The notes under the pieces were generated by a model that searched no databases, had not been told where the DNA came from, and saw only the letters and a program-made list of their open reading frames with translations. DNA of 18,697 bases from an uncultured bacterium (GTDB lineage: Bacteria; Acidobacteriota; HRBIN11; JAKEFK01), in contig CAVZQN010000009.1 in assembly GCA_963777505.1 (NCBI GenBank), positions 1 to 18,697 of the forward strand, read 5' to 3'. Positions 17,388 to 18,697 of this stretch are shown in pieces. Both the position numbers and the translations under genes were made by a program. Within the stretch, counting starts at the first letter, position 1; each line of letters opens with the position of its first letter.

Positions 17388-18223
17388 CGATGAATTTCAA
17401 TGATCTTATATGGCTCTTTTTTATGTTTTCCGCTCTTCAACCTGCGCTCACCAAAAGAATGATGGAAATTTCTCGACAACGGATGATCGCTCAAATAGAA
17501 CGTAAGCGAGGCTCGCGCGTCATTCTCATGGTTCATCGCCAGGAAACTATGAGTCTTTTCGGGTTTCCTGTTTTTCGATACATAGATATTGATGATTCCG
17601 AAGCAGTAATCAGGGCTATCCATATGACTGATCCGGATATTCCTCTTGATCTTGTTTTGCACACACCAGGCGGTCTTGTTCTTGCTTCACTGCAAATTGC
17701 ACGGGCAATTCACAAGCACAAGGGTAAGGTCACGGTATTTGTACCGCACTATGCGATGTCAGGCGGAACGTTGATCGCATTAGCTGCAACTGAGATCGTA
17801 ATGTCCGAACATGCTGTGCTAGGTCCGGTAGACCCACAGCTTGGACAATTTCCTGCAGCTTCTCTAATTAAGGTGGTAACTCAAAAGCCAATCGCAGAAA
17901 TTGATGACGAAACTCTGGTGCTTGCAGATCAGGGTGAAAAGGCAATTAAGCAAGTTCAAGAAAGTGTTTGGGAATTGTTGACTGGTAAGATTCCCGATCT
18001 GCAAGCAAAGAATTTGGCCGAATTACTTTCTCAGGGAACCTGGACTCATGATTATCCGATTACTTTTGATAAGGCTACGGAACTGGGTCTACCAGTGAGT
18101 TCAAAAATCCCAGATGAAATTCTGAAGTTAATGAGTTTGTATCCTCAACCTATGCGAACAAAACAACCTACTGTGGAATACCTTCCGGAACCACGGACCC
18201 GGAAGCAAGCCACCCAACCATAA
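17375..18223 (+). CDS. SDH-family ClpP-fold serine protease (membrane-anchored)
   Basis: LHTPGG, AMSGGT (Ser), LGPVDPQ (Asp) and WTHDYPI (His), with an N-terminal hydrophobic segment. An alternative start lies at 17390. Confidence 0.9.
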   Translation: MELVTMNFNDLIWLFFMFSALQPALTKRMMEISRQRMIAQIERKRGSRVILMVHRQETMSLFGFPVFRYIDIDDSEAVIRAIHMTDPDIPLDLVLHTPGGLVLASLQIARAIHKHKGKVTVFVPHYAMSGGTLIALAATEIVMSEHAVLGPVDPQLGQFPAASLIKVVTQKPIAEIDDETLVLADQGEKAIKQVQESVWELLTGKIPDLQAKNLAELLSQGTWTHDYPITFDKATELGLPVSSKIPDEILKLMSLYPQPMRTKQPTVEYLPEPRTRKQATQP

Positions 18224-18227
18224 TAGG

Positions 18228-18524
18228 ATGAAACACCAAATTACATTGAAAAATCTCGAGCAACCACAACAGCTCTAATAGCTGCTGCCACGATTCCTGT
18301 CAAAACTTGATAAGCTGTTACCAGGCTTTTCTGCGGATCAAGCTTTTTTTTGCATGGAACGCTGGAAAAACACACAACCCGATCCCTTTATCGCGTCTCG
18401 CTTATTTTGAATCTGTTTGGGACCAAGCTTGTCAAACATGAAGTACGGTCAGACTTGAAACTGGCAATTCGCGAAGCATTTCTTGAACTGGAACGCCCAG
18501 CTCAAGAAGTACAAAGCCTTGGTG
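18228..18524 (+). pseudogene. HPF/RaiA-like ribosome-associated protein pseudogene, truncated
   Basis: Reconstruction: MKHQITLKNLEQPQQL**LLPRFLSKLDKLLPGFSADQAF/LHGTLEKHTTRSLYRVSLILNLFGTKLVKHEVRSDLKLAIREAFLELER/QLKKYKALV. In-frame stops at 18276-18281 and two frameshifts. DLxxAIxEAFxxLERQLxKYK is HPF-like. Confidence 0.6.
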
Positions 18525-18697
18525 GCTCGAATGCTGTGATGAAGATGATGTAAGGGCGCTTCTCGCGAGGGATTCGTTGGAGCAGCTCAAATCCATTCAA
18601 CCCTGGCATTTCCACATCCAGGAATAGGACGTCTGGATTGTCTTCCGAAATAGACCGCAAGGCTACGTTCGCATCATCGAGGATTTCCACACGGCTC
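18525..18697 (-). pseudogene. Truncated duplicate of the LytTR regulator REC region (copy of 10848-11020), running off the window end
   Basis: 173 bp aligned without gaps with 3 mismatches. The frame diverges after FITAFE and ends at 18502. Confidence 0.9.

Larger units (their letters stand above)
11239..18524. mobile_element. tRNA-Ser-associated genomic island remnant carrying stress/proteostasis genes (no integrase in the window)
   Basis: att fragment plus arm-like repeats at the left end, co-oriented accessory cargo, and an abrupt right junction with a duplicated piece of the host flank. Confidence 0.6.

Noticed and set aside
1766-17662. Numerous antisense or alternative-frame ORFs (e.g. 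5140-5781, 8279-8989, 14419-14859) and ORFs 11233-11415 and 13178-13390
   Set aside because: They are shadows of well-supported genes, or overlap att/intergenic DNA, and have no recognisable motifs.
13850-18223. Clp ATPase and SDH protease forming a ClpCP-like complex
   Set aside because: No IGF/LGF docking loop is visible in the ATPase, so the sequence gives no support for direct docking.

Overview
Bacterial genomic window (roughly 45-50% GC by eye) with two zones, separated by a tRNA-Ser 3' fragment that looks like an att site (11239-11261). Left zone (host side): the 3' part of a frameshifted beta-lactamase-family serine hydrolase, a CYTH-like protein, a GC-rich epoxide hydrolase and a sigma54-promoted GxGxD-repeat (RTX-like) protein. 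These are followed by a LytS/LytTR two-component pair that converges on a tandem array of three secreted, Cys-conserved beta-propeller-like paralogues. The kinase carries a duplicated, His-less first module. A LytTR direct-repeat box sits in front of the array, and a 70-bp direct repeat brackets the most divergent paralogue. Right zone (island side): integrase arm-like repeats, then a co-oriented proteostasis/stress cluster made of a CxxC-less TrxB-like flavoprotein, a PsiE-family protein, a ClpG/ClpK-type disaggregase, a rhomboid protease, an SDH ClpP-fold protease and an HPF/RaiA-like pseudogene. The cluster ends abruptly at a 173-bp near-identical copy of part of the LytTR gene. Several isolated single-base frameshifts suggest uncorrected sequencing indels. 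All family assignments come from motif recognition, not from database searches.
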